A DNA stretch of 64,000 nt from Neophaeotheca triangularis (Eukaryota), in contig BAAIJX010000004.1 of assembly GCA_054600435.1 (NCBI GenBank), positions 186,001 through 250,000 on the forward strand, in the 5' to 3' direction. The stretch's first letter is position 1. Each line of letters starts with the position of its first letter. This document shows positions 21,779-33,255 of the stretch, piece after piece. The notes below the pieces were generated by a model. It saw nothing but the letters and a program-made list of their open reading frames with translations, was not told the DNA's origin and ran no database searches. The position numbers were made by a program, and so were the translations under genes.

Positions 21779-24700
21779 ATGGAGCGGCAACGGAAGCGTA
21801 TGTCTATACCGCTAGGCAGCAGCAGCGTGAGAAGTCTCCAACTAATATCGTAAACATAGGCGAGTTGAAAGACCTCAACGCGCGAGCTTGGAATGGAGAG
21901 AAAGGTAGACGCACATCTACATGATAGTAGGTGGGTATGTACTGATAAGATTTTTCAGATGTCTTTACTGTCGCGGGGTCCCTTGACTCCAACATGAAGA
22001 AGAATACGGCCTTCATCAAACGCCTCCGGACTGCCATCAACCCCGCCGGGACCGTCGCTTTTCTTCAGGAAATTCGTACCCTCTCGCTACACAAATACCT
22101 CGAGGAGATTATATCAGCTTGCTTTGAAGGGCTTTGCAAGCTCAAGGTTGCTGGGGATATCGCTGCCGGAGTGGAAGTCGTTAGCGCGCTACACCAACGT
22201 TTTGGTCCCGGCGATTTCACGAGTTATCTTGGATGGTTGATTGGACGTGGACTCTCTACGCCTGACAAATCTCAGCTCAAAGCTTTGGCCCAGGACGTCC
22301 GGGAGCGAGAGGAGAAAGAGCGAGTTGCTAGGCAGAGGACTTTGTTGAGAGTGGCGACAGAACTTTGGCTCGTGGGCGTTCTCAAGAGCTTGGACGACGT
22401 TGCGCGGCCTGAAGAGGCGGGCAAACAGGGCAAGAATACGGATTTTGCGCCAAAAGTTAGGGAGCATGTCTCAGGGACCGCCGATGCTGAGCCTTTTCCA
22501 CTTGAGGTGCTCAAGGACATGCTGAGTCACGATCGTGAGCATGTCAATTTGCCATTAGTAGTTCTCTTTGTCAGAACGTTTGCTTGGGATGTGCTTGGGT
22601 CGCGCAGCAATAAAGCTGAAGGTCGGAAGAATGTAGCCGAGGACGGAGCCACCACAACAACCAACGGGAACCGGGAATCTGCGACATCAACGGAGGACGA
22701 GGAGAACGCCGTCAAGGACCCCCCGTTGATTTCGCCGGAGCTGCAGCAACGTTTCAAGAATATTCTGCTGCGGTACTTTGAAGACGTCAAAGTACACCTT
22801 CTTCGCGACCAGAAAAGCTTGTCCGCACAGGGTCGTCGCAACGCGGAAGCCTATGTCAAATCTGGAGAAGTTTTCGAGGATCGCCAATCGAACCACGAAA
22901 AGGCGCAAAAGTCGCAAGAGAAGTTGGTGTCAAGTGCACAGACTCTGGCTGAAGTGCTTGGTGCAGAGATGCCAGAGCTGTCTACGAATGATAGCACTTC
23001 CTCCGGATTCGAAGGCGGCATTGGTCTAGTCAAAACTGGCGAGTATCTGCGCGGCCAAAGCGAAGGCGCGGGTATCTGGGAGGATGAAGAAGAGCGTCGC
23101 TTCTACGAGAACTTGATTGACCTGAAGGACCGCGTGCCCGGCATTCTATTGGAAGAGGGCAAAAAGAAGAAAGGCGACGACGAGCAGGTCGGCAAGAAGC
23201 TTGACGGCGAGAAGGAAGAGGAAGTCAAGCCAAGCGAAGCAGACCATAGCTCCACGTCGATCGCGAATAAGACCGTTGGTGCTCAGGTTGATGCTCTTCT
23301 TGCTCGGTTACCAGAGCTGGTCACACGCGATCAGGTCGATCAGTTTAGCATCGACTTCTGCTTCCTTAACTCGAAGGCTTCACGGAACCGCTTGGTAAAA
23401 GCCATCCAGGAGATCCCCAAAGGCCGAACTGACTTGCTCCCACTTTATGCCCGTCTCATCGCCACACTGGGCAAGCATCTCACTGATGTGCCGCAAGCCA
23501 TCATCGGCTATCTGGACGACGAATTTCGAAGCCTTCAGCGACGCAAGAGCAAAGAGTTCTTGGGTCAAGTGCGCATGGTCAATATCCGCTACATTGCCGA
23601 ACTTACCAAGTTTGGCGTCGTTCCCGAGCATGTTATCTTCCACTGCCTCAAAGTCAGCTTGGACGAGTTCTCGCGCATGAACATCGAGATCATAGCAAGT
23701 CTTCTCGAGAATTGTGGGCGTTATTTGTTGCGTAACCCTGACACCTCGCCCCGCATGAACTCCTTTTTGGAAACATTGCAGCGCAAAAAGGGTGCTCAGC
23801 ATTTGGGACAACAAGAGAGGATGTTGATTGAGAATGCCATGTACTACGTCAACCCACCCGAGCGCGCTGCTATCCAGCAAAAGGAACGCACACCACTCGA
23901 TTCATACGTTCGCAAACTCGTCTACCTCGACCTGAACAAAAAGTCTTTGGAGAAGGTGATCAAGCAGATTCGCAAGCTGCACTGGGAGGAAGACGACGTG
24001 GTGGAAATGCTCCGCAAGATCTTCGTCAAACCTGGCAAAATCAAGTTCAGCAACGTCCATCTGCTAGCGGTCATGCTGGGCGCTTTACACCGTTTCCACA
24101 TGGACTTCACTATTTCTGTTATGGATGAATTGCTGGATCGTATCACCGTTGGGCTGGAGACAAACGATTTCAAGTACAATCAGCGTCGTATCGCAGAAGT
24201 CAAATATCTCGGCGAGCTGTACATCTACCGCATGGTCGATTCGACTCTCATATTCGATACCTTGTGGAAGCTACTGAACTACCTACATGAAGGTGGCTTT
24301 GCTCAGCCTGGGAGAATCTGCCCCGCTGATCTTCCCGACGACTACTTCCGAGTCCGCCTTGTCTGCGCCCTGCTCGAGACCTGCGGCATGTACTTTGAGA
24401 AGGGCCTCGTGAAGAATAAACTCGACTTCTTCCTGACATTCTTTCAACTCTACATGAATATCAAAGACCCGCTACCCATGGACATCGAATTCGTCGTACA
24501 GGACACCTTCAGCTTGCTTAGACCGCAATGGAAACTTGTGCTCAACGACGTGGACGAGGCTGGCAGACTCTTTGCCGAGGCAGTCAAGCAAAACTACCAA
24601 AACGAGCTCGCCAACAAGGGTGCAGAGGCGGAGGAGGTCGATGAGCGTGACGCTGCCGAAGGGGAGGCCTCTGCCACTCCGGCAAATGGCGACGATGACG

Positions 24701-26147
24701 CTGCTGCCGGGGAAGGAGATGGTATTAAATCTGACCAAGACGAAGACGCCGAGCCCACTAGCCCCAAGCCCGCAGACTCGGACGACGAGGAAGAGCACAT
24801 TGTCGTTACAAGACCGGAAGACCAGCGTGACCCCGAGGCCGAAGCAGAGTTCGACCGTGAGCTTGCCAAGATGATGTCTGAGAGCGTCGAGTCGAGAAAG
24901 TTTGACCGCAAAACAATGTTCGATGTCCCGCTTCCCATGCGTAGGACCGCACAGCGCGACGCTTCGAATGACGATAGTAGGACCAATAGCCCTAAGCCTG
25001 GCGATGATCAAGGTCCTGCTACTCAGAATGGGCCTGGCTCAGGAACAATGAAGTTTGCGTTGCTAAGCAAGAAGGGAAATCGGCAACAGGTAAGTTCGCA
25101 GCACGTTTCCTTCTGCTAACTTCCCTTCCACACCACCTTGATACTCGACTACTTATGCTCGGAAACCGCTGACCACACCCCGATACAGACAAAGTCCATC
25201 GACCTACCCTCCGATTCTCACTTCGCCGTCTCTATGCGCTCCCAACAAGCAGCCGAACGTGCCGAACAGCAACGCATCAAGAGCTTAGTGCTAAACTACG
25301 ACATGGCATCCGCCGCTGCGGACGAAGCCAACAATAACGGCAACAATGGCATGGGATCAACTTACGGCAACGGAGGTACACCATCCCATCATCTCCCTGA
25401 TTTTCACTACGCCAGCCTCCCCTCACGTCACAACCGTTATTCCAATCGCAACCCCAGCGGCAACGGCACAAAACAGCAGCAGCCTGTGCTCGTAGGTGCG
25501 GGCTCACTCAACCGAGCCTTGCCTCATCAGCACCAGCACAACGCTCTTCAACAGCAAGCGACTGCAACTGGCACTGCCGCCACGCCACCTCACTCCTCCC
25601 AACCCACCAGCCTCGACAGCTTTGTCAAGTCTCAACACCGACAAAGTGGCAAACGCCTCACGCAATCCCAGCGCCATCAGCAGCAGCAGCAGCAAGGGCG
25701 TCAGCGTGTGCTCGTGCGCTCAGATTCTTTCCTACCACCCCCATCATCTAAATCAACCAATGCGCCGCCTTCAACAAATGGCGCAGCTGACCCCTCATCT
25801 TTACCCATCACCACCCCTGCGCCTACTCCTAGCGGTCGCACTGCGAGTGTGACGGCGCAATCTGATGGTAACACTTGTTCTTCGCGCAAACAGTTTTGAT
25901 TAAGCACCTGCAACAAACAAACGACGAACTATCATGCTGATTCAATGTCTTTCCCTCTCTGCAAAGGTCTCGCCGATGGTTACAATAATGCGCCTCTGCA
26001 CAATGGGCAGGGCGGTAAGGTCGACAAGGCGGGGGGTTCTAGAAAGATGCAGAGGGGCCGGAAGCTGCAGTTGGGAGATATTGATTGGTGAGTTTTGCTA
26101 CTGTCTCTGACTGCGTGTGGATGCTGATGTTTTCTCCCAGGACGTGA
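21779..26147 (+). CDS. UPF2: Nonsense-mediated decay factor UPF2/NMD2 (three MIF4G domains + C-terminal UPF1-binding region)
   Basis: Exons 21779-21797, 21860-21904, 21959-25089, 25189-(25375 or 25867), 25967-26087, 26141-26147. LDSNMKKNTAFIK, IWEDEEERRFYE, LLENCGRYL, DDYFRVRL motifs; C-terminal RKLQLGDIDW. Confidence 0.93.
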
Positions 26148-27210
26148 GGGCCCCGTCACACATACACTGGGTTTCTCGGTGTTGCTTGTTCCCGACCCAC
26201 GCACGATACGTATCTCACGAGAGGATGCCTCGGATCGAAATCTCATACAGCGAGCGAGCGATGATGTGGATATGACTTGAGCCCTTTCTCGGCTGCCACT
26301 CTGGGGTACGATGTCAAGATGAACAGCGGGTGGTCAATAGCACCCTGCCAGCCCCAGTCATCGACCACAGGGATGTGGCATAACAAGTGCCAGGGTCACA
26401 GAGGTCGGTACGACCACTAAAGTGCCAGAGAGATGAGATCAGGGCAGGGTAAGAAAGGAGGAATGGGGCAAGCAGGATCATCACACGTCACGAAGCTCGA
26501 CGATCGCGTACACGGGATTTTCATCCCTGACCGACTGTTTTGCTTGGTACCTGGCAGTTCCGGTGGCTGACACTCCGCCTGAGGAGCGTTTGCGCTTTCG
26601 TGCTTAACCGAGGCTGCTGGTAGATAGCTGGTGTATCTTGCTGCGAAAGACTGCGTGTCCGACCTTCTGCTTCGGAAATAGGGTATTCCCTGCTCTTGTG
26701 GTTGGAACGCGCTGCGGGACGTTGGTAATGCCATATCGGTAAGATAGGGCACCGTACGAGCCACCGCCAAGGACTGAACAGTGCCTACTTCCAAAATTAA
26801 GATGGGTGACTGGGTTTTCTGTAACCCGCACCCGATGGATGAGCAGTACTAGCACACTGCCCCAAACTTGGGCCTTGACATACCCTTAACATTCATTTCA
26901 AACCATGCATCCTATGCTCTCGGCCGAACTACTCACTTCAAGCCTACTAAACGAGCAAAATACACGCTCTCCGCCCTAAATCGCCCTAGCGCCAACTCCT
27001 GCAAGGGAGCCTGTCGGGCAAATGACCACATCCCCTCCAGCATGTGTAGGGAGGTGGACGTGAGGGACAAAGGTCTTTTGACGGTCTCGAAGACCGGGTT
27101 GCCTCTCAGGAACGAGAAGTAAAGTCTAGACGCCAAAGGCACAACACCACGTCCAATGGACAAAGTCTTCACTACTGGGTCTACAACACATCCCACGCCC
27201 CGGCTCAACT

Positions 27211-30200
27211 TCACTCCCCCCTCCTCCCCCTCCCCCTCTCTCTTCTAAAACAACCAAACTCCCCCCCAGTCCCCAATCTCAACCTCTTCAGGACCCCCCT
27301 CATCTCCGGCAACTCAGCCTGCAATTTTCCCCGCGCCTCGTTATCCGTCCTTTCATCCAAAGCCACATAAATTGAACTCTGGACCTCGGAAGCCTTGTCG
27401 GTAGTGTAATTATTTAAAGTTTGGGCCAGAAATTCGACGTCGAGAGTTGCTTGCATGAGGGCGAGGAGGGTGTAGTGGGGGCGCGATTTGAAAGCGCTGA
27501 GGTGGGAGTGGGAAAGGTGGGTTAGGAGGTGGGAGAGGAGGTGAGGTAGTAGGGTGGAGGACGGGGTGGGAGTTGAGGGGGTTGAGGGGTTGTTGGGGGT
27601 GTTCGGGGAGGTCGTGGTGCTGACTTCGGTGTGCACGAGCACGAGAGTGAGGAGGGCGTCGTAGACGTAGGGGCGAGCGTCTGTTGGGCGGCCGGTGGGG
27701 GTGTTGGTGCTCGTGGGTTCCCAGTCTGGTGAGAGGACGCCGGTGGTGATGGTTTGGGTTAGTTGGCTTTCAACGGGTGCCGTGTAGGCTGTGAAGAGGC
27801 GTGTGTCGATTTGCGAGAGCACGTCGCGGATTGTGCCGCTCTCGTCCGAGAGCTTGACGCTCATGGCTGTTTCGGCTTGCGATATGAGTTGCGGGATGAT
27901 GCCTGCGCGAAGGTGCGAGAGGTTGGAGAGGGTTGTTAGGAGGCGGATGTTCTTGAAGGCAGAGTGGTTAGTGGCGCGCTGTGTTGGGTGGCAAGGGACA
28001 GATGAATTTACCCTGTTTGAAACATCCAAACCACCACTCTCACCCGCGCCTTGCCCAAAGGCCGCATCCAAGGGCATCCCAAACCTATCCGGGTCAGTGT
28101 CCCCTTCCTCTTCATCTCGTCTCCCCTTCTCCGCATTCTCAACCATTCCGCTGAGCACCTTATACAGACTCGTAACAAAACACCCCCTAACCGTCTGCAG
28201 CAACTTCGCACTCGGCGGCACGACAACCTCCCCTCTCCCACCAACCCCTTCCACAAAAGCAATCTTCTGCACATTCCCCAAAACCCGCTCCTCAAAGGCC
28301 ATGAAGCACGCCGGCATCATTGTAACATCCCGGCGATCGGGCTGCCGTTTCCAATCCTCGAGATACTTGATTCGCTCGGCATCGGTGTTCCAGGCCTCGC
28401 ATACGGCGCGGATGCAGCGTTCGCGGACGACGTTCAAGAGATGACGGAGGGGTTCGGCGGATCTTTGGGGGAAGAGGCGGGCGGTGAGGTTGGCGATTTC
28501 GGTGAGAGCGCTTCCCACTAGGGTAAGGATGCGGGCTAGGTGGTAGGAGCCGCTGAGTGTGTTACCGTTCGGGGGCCAGAAAGCATATTTTCCCCAGCTC
28601 TGCTCGCTGCGGATAGGCGGCGGAACGGTTGCAGGGTCGAAGCTGAAGTTGCGGGGCGTGTTGGATGAGCTGGGCGTGATGGGTGTTGGCGGGATTGGTG
28701 AGTAGAGCTCGCTTAAGTCTTCGACCGGGAGGTCGGAGAAGAAGGCCGTGACACTGTCGCGGATTTGATCGAGCAGCTCGAGAGTGCCGTCTTGTAGCTT
28801 TTGAACGTAGTCAGGGTCTAGTTCGAGATGTTCGAGGCCGGCCGCGAAGACTGCTGTAGGAAACGTCTTTTGCGCTTTGCTTTCGATGAAAGATTGGGAT
28901 ATCTCCTGGAACTCCATGACTTCTCCGAGGAGACCATTTTGGGTCGACAGCAAGGCAGTCATGGAATAGTGCACCTTCTCCCAAAATGCGATGATATCCG
29001 GTCGATCGAGGTCTTTGTGGGATTCTCGGCCAGTGTGAAGTGGGCTTTGCTTAGCGGGGGCTCCCAAATATTTCGCCAGCGCCTTTGCGTTGACGTTCTG
29101 GTTCGCAGCCAGTTTCCTCCGTTGTATTTCAATCTCTATCCGGGCACGCTCAAACATCCTGGCGATCCTGTCTTTGAGGTAGAGATACCTGCTGTTGAGG
29201 TATTCCCAGATGGGATTCTCATCCACACCCAACTGCAGCAACACACCAATCAAATCCATGTGCAAGTCTTTGTCAGCCTCCTGAGCCATGGACTTGTTGT
29301 TTCTTCCGTGACTCGACTTTAATCTCTTCCAGACATCACGTTTGAAACCTTCGATGAGCTCGGTTACGCTATACCACATTCTCGCGGCCACAACAATCTG
29401 CTGTACGTCGGAATCGCACAGTTGCACATCGTTTTCTTTCGCAATCTGCGCAATTCTCCTCCCTTCCGCCGCGTGTTTCTTCGCAGCAGTGTATCCTTCA
29501 ATGACAGAATCGTAGTCTGTCTTTTTGATGCCCTCACCGATCGTCCCAGGCAGCTCAAAAATGTCCTTGTGCTGCTCCAAGTTCCGCACAACCGCTTTCA
29601 ACGTCTCCTCCTTCTCCCTACCCCCAATAGCCGGTCCCCAAATCTCTTCAGCCTTGACAGCAATCTCCACCAACGGCGCCTTAATCCCAGCAACCCCATA
29701 CTCACTCTCCTTAGTCAGCGCATTTTTCCTTTTGTCCTCCTGCACTACCTTACCCGCAGCAAAGCCACCGCTCGCATTCCTAAAATGACTCTGGCGTCTA
29801 CTATGTGGCCGGGCTTTCAGCTTCTCCGGCACTTCCTCCTGCCCTTGCGTCCGCATCTCGGTGTATACATTATCAATAACCGCCTTCGCTCTAACAAAAC
29901 GCTCGAAATTGCTCTCAACCAGCACTTTCAAACTCGCGCTCTTTTCCTCGATAGACTTGCTCAGAAACTCGAGACCTTTGACCAAATCCTGCACGCTGTC
30001 TTCGCGGTGCACTTCCGATAGGTACAGAGCGGGGCTGAAAGAGGTCGAAGAGAGTAGAAAGCGATTACGGAGCTGGACGTCTTCTTCTACAGGGATGCCG
30101 CGTTTTTTGAGCTCGGCGACGACGCTGGGGGTGCTGCCAAGAGCGTCGGGTTCGTCTTTCTGGACCATGCTTGCGGCGCCGGTGGAAGTTTTTTGCGTCG

Positions 30201-30432
30201 CGGAGAGGCTGGAGCGGTGCGAGGCATGGCGGTCGAGGTTGCGGTATTTGTTGTTGTTGGTGGAGGTGGTGCTTTGCCGGGATTTGTGGCTTTTGGTGGG
30301 GACCAGTTGGTTTTCCTCGTCGGATGCGTCCGGGGAAAAGTCGTCATCGTCTTCGTTATCCTTGTGTGGCCATTCTGTTGGGTAGAGGGAGGTGATGCCG
30401 TAGTGATTCAGGAGACGCGATTCGAGGGCCAT
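27211..30432 (-). CDS. SEC5: Exocyst complex component Sec5
   Basis: FLLSSTSFSPALYL, LKVLVESNFERFVRAK, LMQATLDVEFLAQTL motifs; in-frame 60-nt intron 27952-28011 (GTAAAT...CACTAAC...AAG); start taken at MALESRLLNHY. Confidence 0.92.
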   Translation of the reverse strand: MALESRLLNHYGITSLYPTEWPHKDNEDDDDFSPDASDEENQLVPTKSHKSRQSTTSTNNNKYRNLDRHASHRSSLSATQKTSTGAASMVQKDEPDALGSTPSVVAELKKRGIPVEEDVQLRNRFLLSSTSFSPALYLSEVHREDSVQDLVKGLEFLSKSIEEKSASLKVLVESNFERFVRAKAVIDNVYTEMRTQGQEEVPEKLKARPHSRRQSHFRNASGGFAAGKVVQEDKRKNALTKESEYGVAGIKAPLVEIAVKAEEIWGPAIGGREKEETLKAVVRNLEQHKDIFELPGTIGEGIKKTDYDSVIEGYTAAKKHAAEGRRIAQIAKENDVQLCDSDVQQIVVAARMWYSVTELIEGFKRDVWKRLKSSHGRNNKSMAQEADKDLHMDLIGVLLQLGVDENPIWEYLNSRYLYLKDRIARMFERARIEIEIQRRKLAANQNVNAKALAKYLGAPAKQSPLHTGRESHKDLDRPDIIAFWEKVHYSMTALLSTQNGLLGEVMEFQEISQSFIESKAQKTFPTAVFAAGLEHLELDPDYVQKLQDGTLELLDQIRDSVTAFFSDLPVEDLSELYSPIPPTPITPSSSNTPRNFSFDPATVPPPIRSEQSWGKYAFWPPNGNTLSGSYHLARILTLVGSALTEIANLTARLFPQRSAEPLRHLLNVVRERCIRAVCEAWNTDAERIKYLEDWKRQPDRRDVTMMPACFMAFEERVLGNVQKIAFVEGVGGRGEVVVPPSAKLLQTVRGCFVTSLYKVLSGMVENAEKGRRDEEEGDTDPDRFGMPLDAAFGQGAGESGGLDVSNRVNSSVPCHPTQRATNHSAFKNIRLLTTLSNLSHLRAGIIPQLISQAETAMSVKLSDESGTIRDVLSQIDTRLFTAYTAPVESQLTQTITTGVLSPDWEPTSTNTPTGRPTDARPYVYDALLTLVLVHTEVSTTTSPNTPNNPSTPSTPTPSSTLLPHLLSHLLTHLSHSHLSAFKSRPHYTLLALMQATLDVEFLAQTLNNYTTDKASEVQSSIYVALDERTDNEARGKLQAELPEMRGVLKRLRLGTGGEFGCFRRERGRGRRGE

Positions 30433-30893
30433 GATGGTGTAGCAGAGTTGTAGCGCAGTGGTGAAAGTGGGGGAATGTGGTTCATATGTCAAGGTCAGTG
30501 GCAGGTACTTGGAAGCGCGTAATCTCACTGGTATAGCCGCATTAGGAAGGTATGTCGCGTCGACAGTAAACTGGAGGTACTGTATCTAGTAGAGACGTCG
30601 TCCAATGCCACGCGACATCGGATGAACGGAAGCCGAGATTGGTCCGAGAGCCCTATCGGGAGTCGGGAGGCAGCATGTGATAGACAAGCGGAAGCGGAAG
30701 CTCGAGCTTTGCAGAGGCAGACTTCAGCTTCCAAGGTTGCTGGACAAAACACTCGACTTTACCCCCGGCCAACCCACAGCATTACACTGCCTTCCCACCA
30801 CTCCTCTCCCAATCGCAATACTCACAACTAGTAAGAGCTGGTCGGGCGAATTGATTAAGCATCAGTCAATTGTTGCGTTAATTTCTACTCAAA

Positions 30894-32258
30894 ATGCTGG
30901 CTTGCCGCTCCCTGGCAGCGGTGCCAGCGAGATGCACGCCTCGAGTTGGCGGGTTTGCTGGTATTGCGCGTCAAACTAGGACTTTCGCACAAGTACGCAT
31001 ATGGACGAACCAATGCTGGCAGGACCATGACAGCTAACCCATATACTACACACAGTCGCAAGTCACCCGCGCACCGTCTGAGGATGATAAGGTCGCAAAG
31101 TTCAAGGGCCAGAAGCACAGCGACGTACGATATCACTCCACCGCGCGCACGGCACTGGGAAAGAGCATCAGAATTGCTGATACTATGTACAGGGCAAATA
31201 CCTTGTGTCTCTGATAGAAGGTGACGGCATTGGCCCGGAAATCTCGCAGTCCGTCAAGGACATCTTCTCTGCCGCCAACGCACCCATCAAGTGGGAGTCG
31301 GTCGACGTGACCCCCTCGCTCAACGCCGATGGCAAGACCGTCATCCCCGACTCCGCCATCCAGTCCATCACCAACAACTACGTCGCGCTCAAAGGGCCGC
31401 TCGCAACCCCCGTTGGCAAGGGCCACGTCTCCCTCAACCTCACCCTCCGCAGGACTTTCAACCTTTTCGCCAACGTGCGACCATGCAAGAGCATCCAGGG
31501 CTACAAGACCCCCTACGACAACGTCGACACCGTGTTGATCCGTGAGAACACCGAGGGTGAATACAGTGGTATCGAGCACGTCGTGGTTGACGGCGTGGTG
31601 CAGTCCATCAAGCTCATCACCAAGGAAGCCTCTGAGCGCGTCCTCCGGTTCGCTTTCCAATACGCGGAAGAGGTCGGAAAGCGCAAGGTCCGCGCCGTTC
31701 ACAAGGCCACCATTATGAAGATGAGTGACGGTCTCTTCCTCAACCTGGCCCGGGACATCTCCAAGGAATACCCAAACATCGAATTTGACGCCGAGCTCCT
31801 CGACAACTCCTGCCTGAAGATTGTCACCGACCCCACCCCTTACAACGACAAGGTCCTCGTCATGCCCAACTTGTACGGTGACATCTTGTCCGACATGTGC
31901 GCCGGTTTGATTGGCGGTCTGGGTCTCACGCCCAGCGGTAACATTGGCGACGAGTGCAGTATTTTCGAAGCTGTTCACGGTTCCGCTCCGGACATCGCTG
32001 GCCAGGGGCTGGCCAACCCGACCGCTCTGCTGCTGAGTTCGATTATGATGTTGCAGCACATGGGCCTGCACGAGCATGCCATGAAGATTCAAGATGCGAT
32101 CTTTAAGACTCTGGCGCAGGGCAAGGTACGAAACAGCTCTCAGTGTTCGAAATTACTGTAAGAAGCATGCTAACGTATACTTACAGACCATCACCGGTGA
32201 CTTGGGTGGTACCGCCAAGACCCACGAGTACGCCGATGCCGTTATCAAGAACTTGTAG
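30894..32258 (+). CDS. IDH2: Mitochondrial NAD-dependent isocitrate dehydrogenase, catalytic subunit 2, 4 exons
   Basis: Arg-rich presequence, [32 protein letters not shown] (Asp residues typical of the catalytic subunit), [13 protein letters not shown], terminal TITGDLGG exon. Confidence 0.95.
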
Positions 32259-32589
32259 ATAGGTGCTGCATAGAATGGGGTGTTTTTGGTCCGTTTTCTG
32301 ATCTCCCATGGTCTCCTCTGTTTTGCGACTCACTCGAATCATGGGCGTCGTTAGACGCGGGTCTGTAACATATGCAGTTTGAAGGAATACTTCACAAGTG
32401 TCCAGACCGAAATTCGCAAGGTTGGAGTGCCTGAGCCGTTTGCTCCGTCTTCCAGTGCATTCGGCGCACAGTTTTGTACTTCCTACGTGCGCAGCGCCGT
32501 CTTTGTATTATTTAGGTGACTTTGTGAGACCGGAACCTCTAGTTCCTGCTATTTTAGCCTCTCGGCCACAATTGTACCTTCACACCTTT

Positions 32590-33190
32590 TAGCAACTAGT
32601 ATGATAAATACGGACTCCCTACGGCTAGTGGCAAGTGATAGCTAAGACAAGAGAAACTGTTCTATGCTATAGACAGTCCCACTCAAACTACTAGTAATTA
32701 CTATGAGTACTCCTAGCGTTAGCTACTACTCTTAGGTTCAATAAGGGACAGGTCTCTTCCTTAACCATGCGTTTCAACCCTACGAAGGACAGTAGCTTGA
32801 TGCAAGCTCGTGTGAATAATAGCACATACTTGTGGGATTTTAACAACACTATGTAAGCACTTTCTTGTGGTTCCCTCTTCCCATCTGTACCTCCATGTTC
32901 GACAAGCTTAAATTCTACATGTGTAAGCTTAAGGTTAACTAGAGCTTGAGAAACCCGCTAGCCGTAATTGGAAGCGAGCATATACCGACGTCATGCCTCG
33001 AAGTTTGTAAGGTCCGCCCGGGCTCCTTAGGTAGGTTTGCCCTGTCGCATCCCATTTTCCGCCTGAAAGTTGAGATACCCAACATAATTCCCCTTAGTCG
33101 TGGTACATCGCCAATATGGATCTTATAATCTCATACTAAGAGGCCAACTAATAGTCTGCACATTCGTTACGGCATATCTTTAAATCCCCC
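32590..33190. other. AT/TpA-rich intergenic tract, possible RIP-mutated repeat relic
   Basis: Dense TA/TAG dinucleotides (e.g. actactagtaattactatgagtactcctagcgttagctactactcttagg) unlike the flanks; no recognisable transposon ORF. Confidence 0.4.
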
Positions 33191-33255
33191 ATATTAGTCT
33201 CCAAACCCACCACCACCCTCCCACTGGACCCCAAAACCCCAACATATCCACAACA

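Noticed and set aside
25138..25899. 253-aa Q-rich ORF as a separate gene
   Set aside because: It is the exon 4 frame of UPF2, joined through intron 25090-25188.
27952..28011. Apparent 20-aa insertion in Sec5
   Set aside because: Has a GT donor, CTAAC branch and AG acceptor; an ordinary in-frame intron.
31133..32092. 319-aa antisense ORF over IDH2
   Set aside because: Shadow ORF expected from strong codon bias; it overlaps only the IDH2 gene and shows no motifs of its own.
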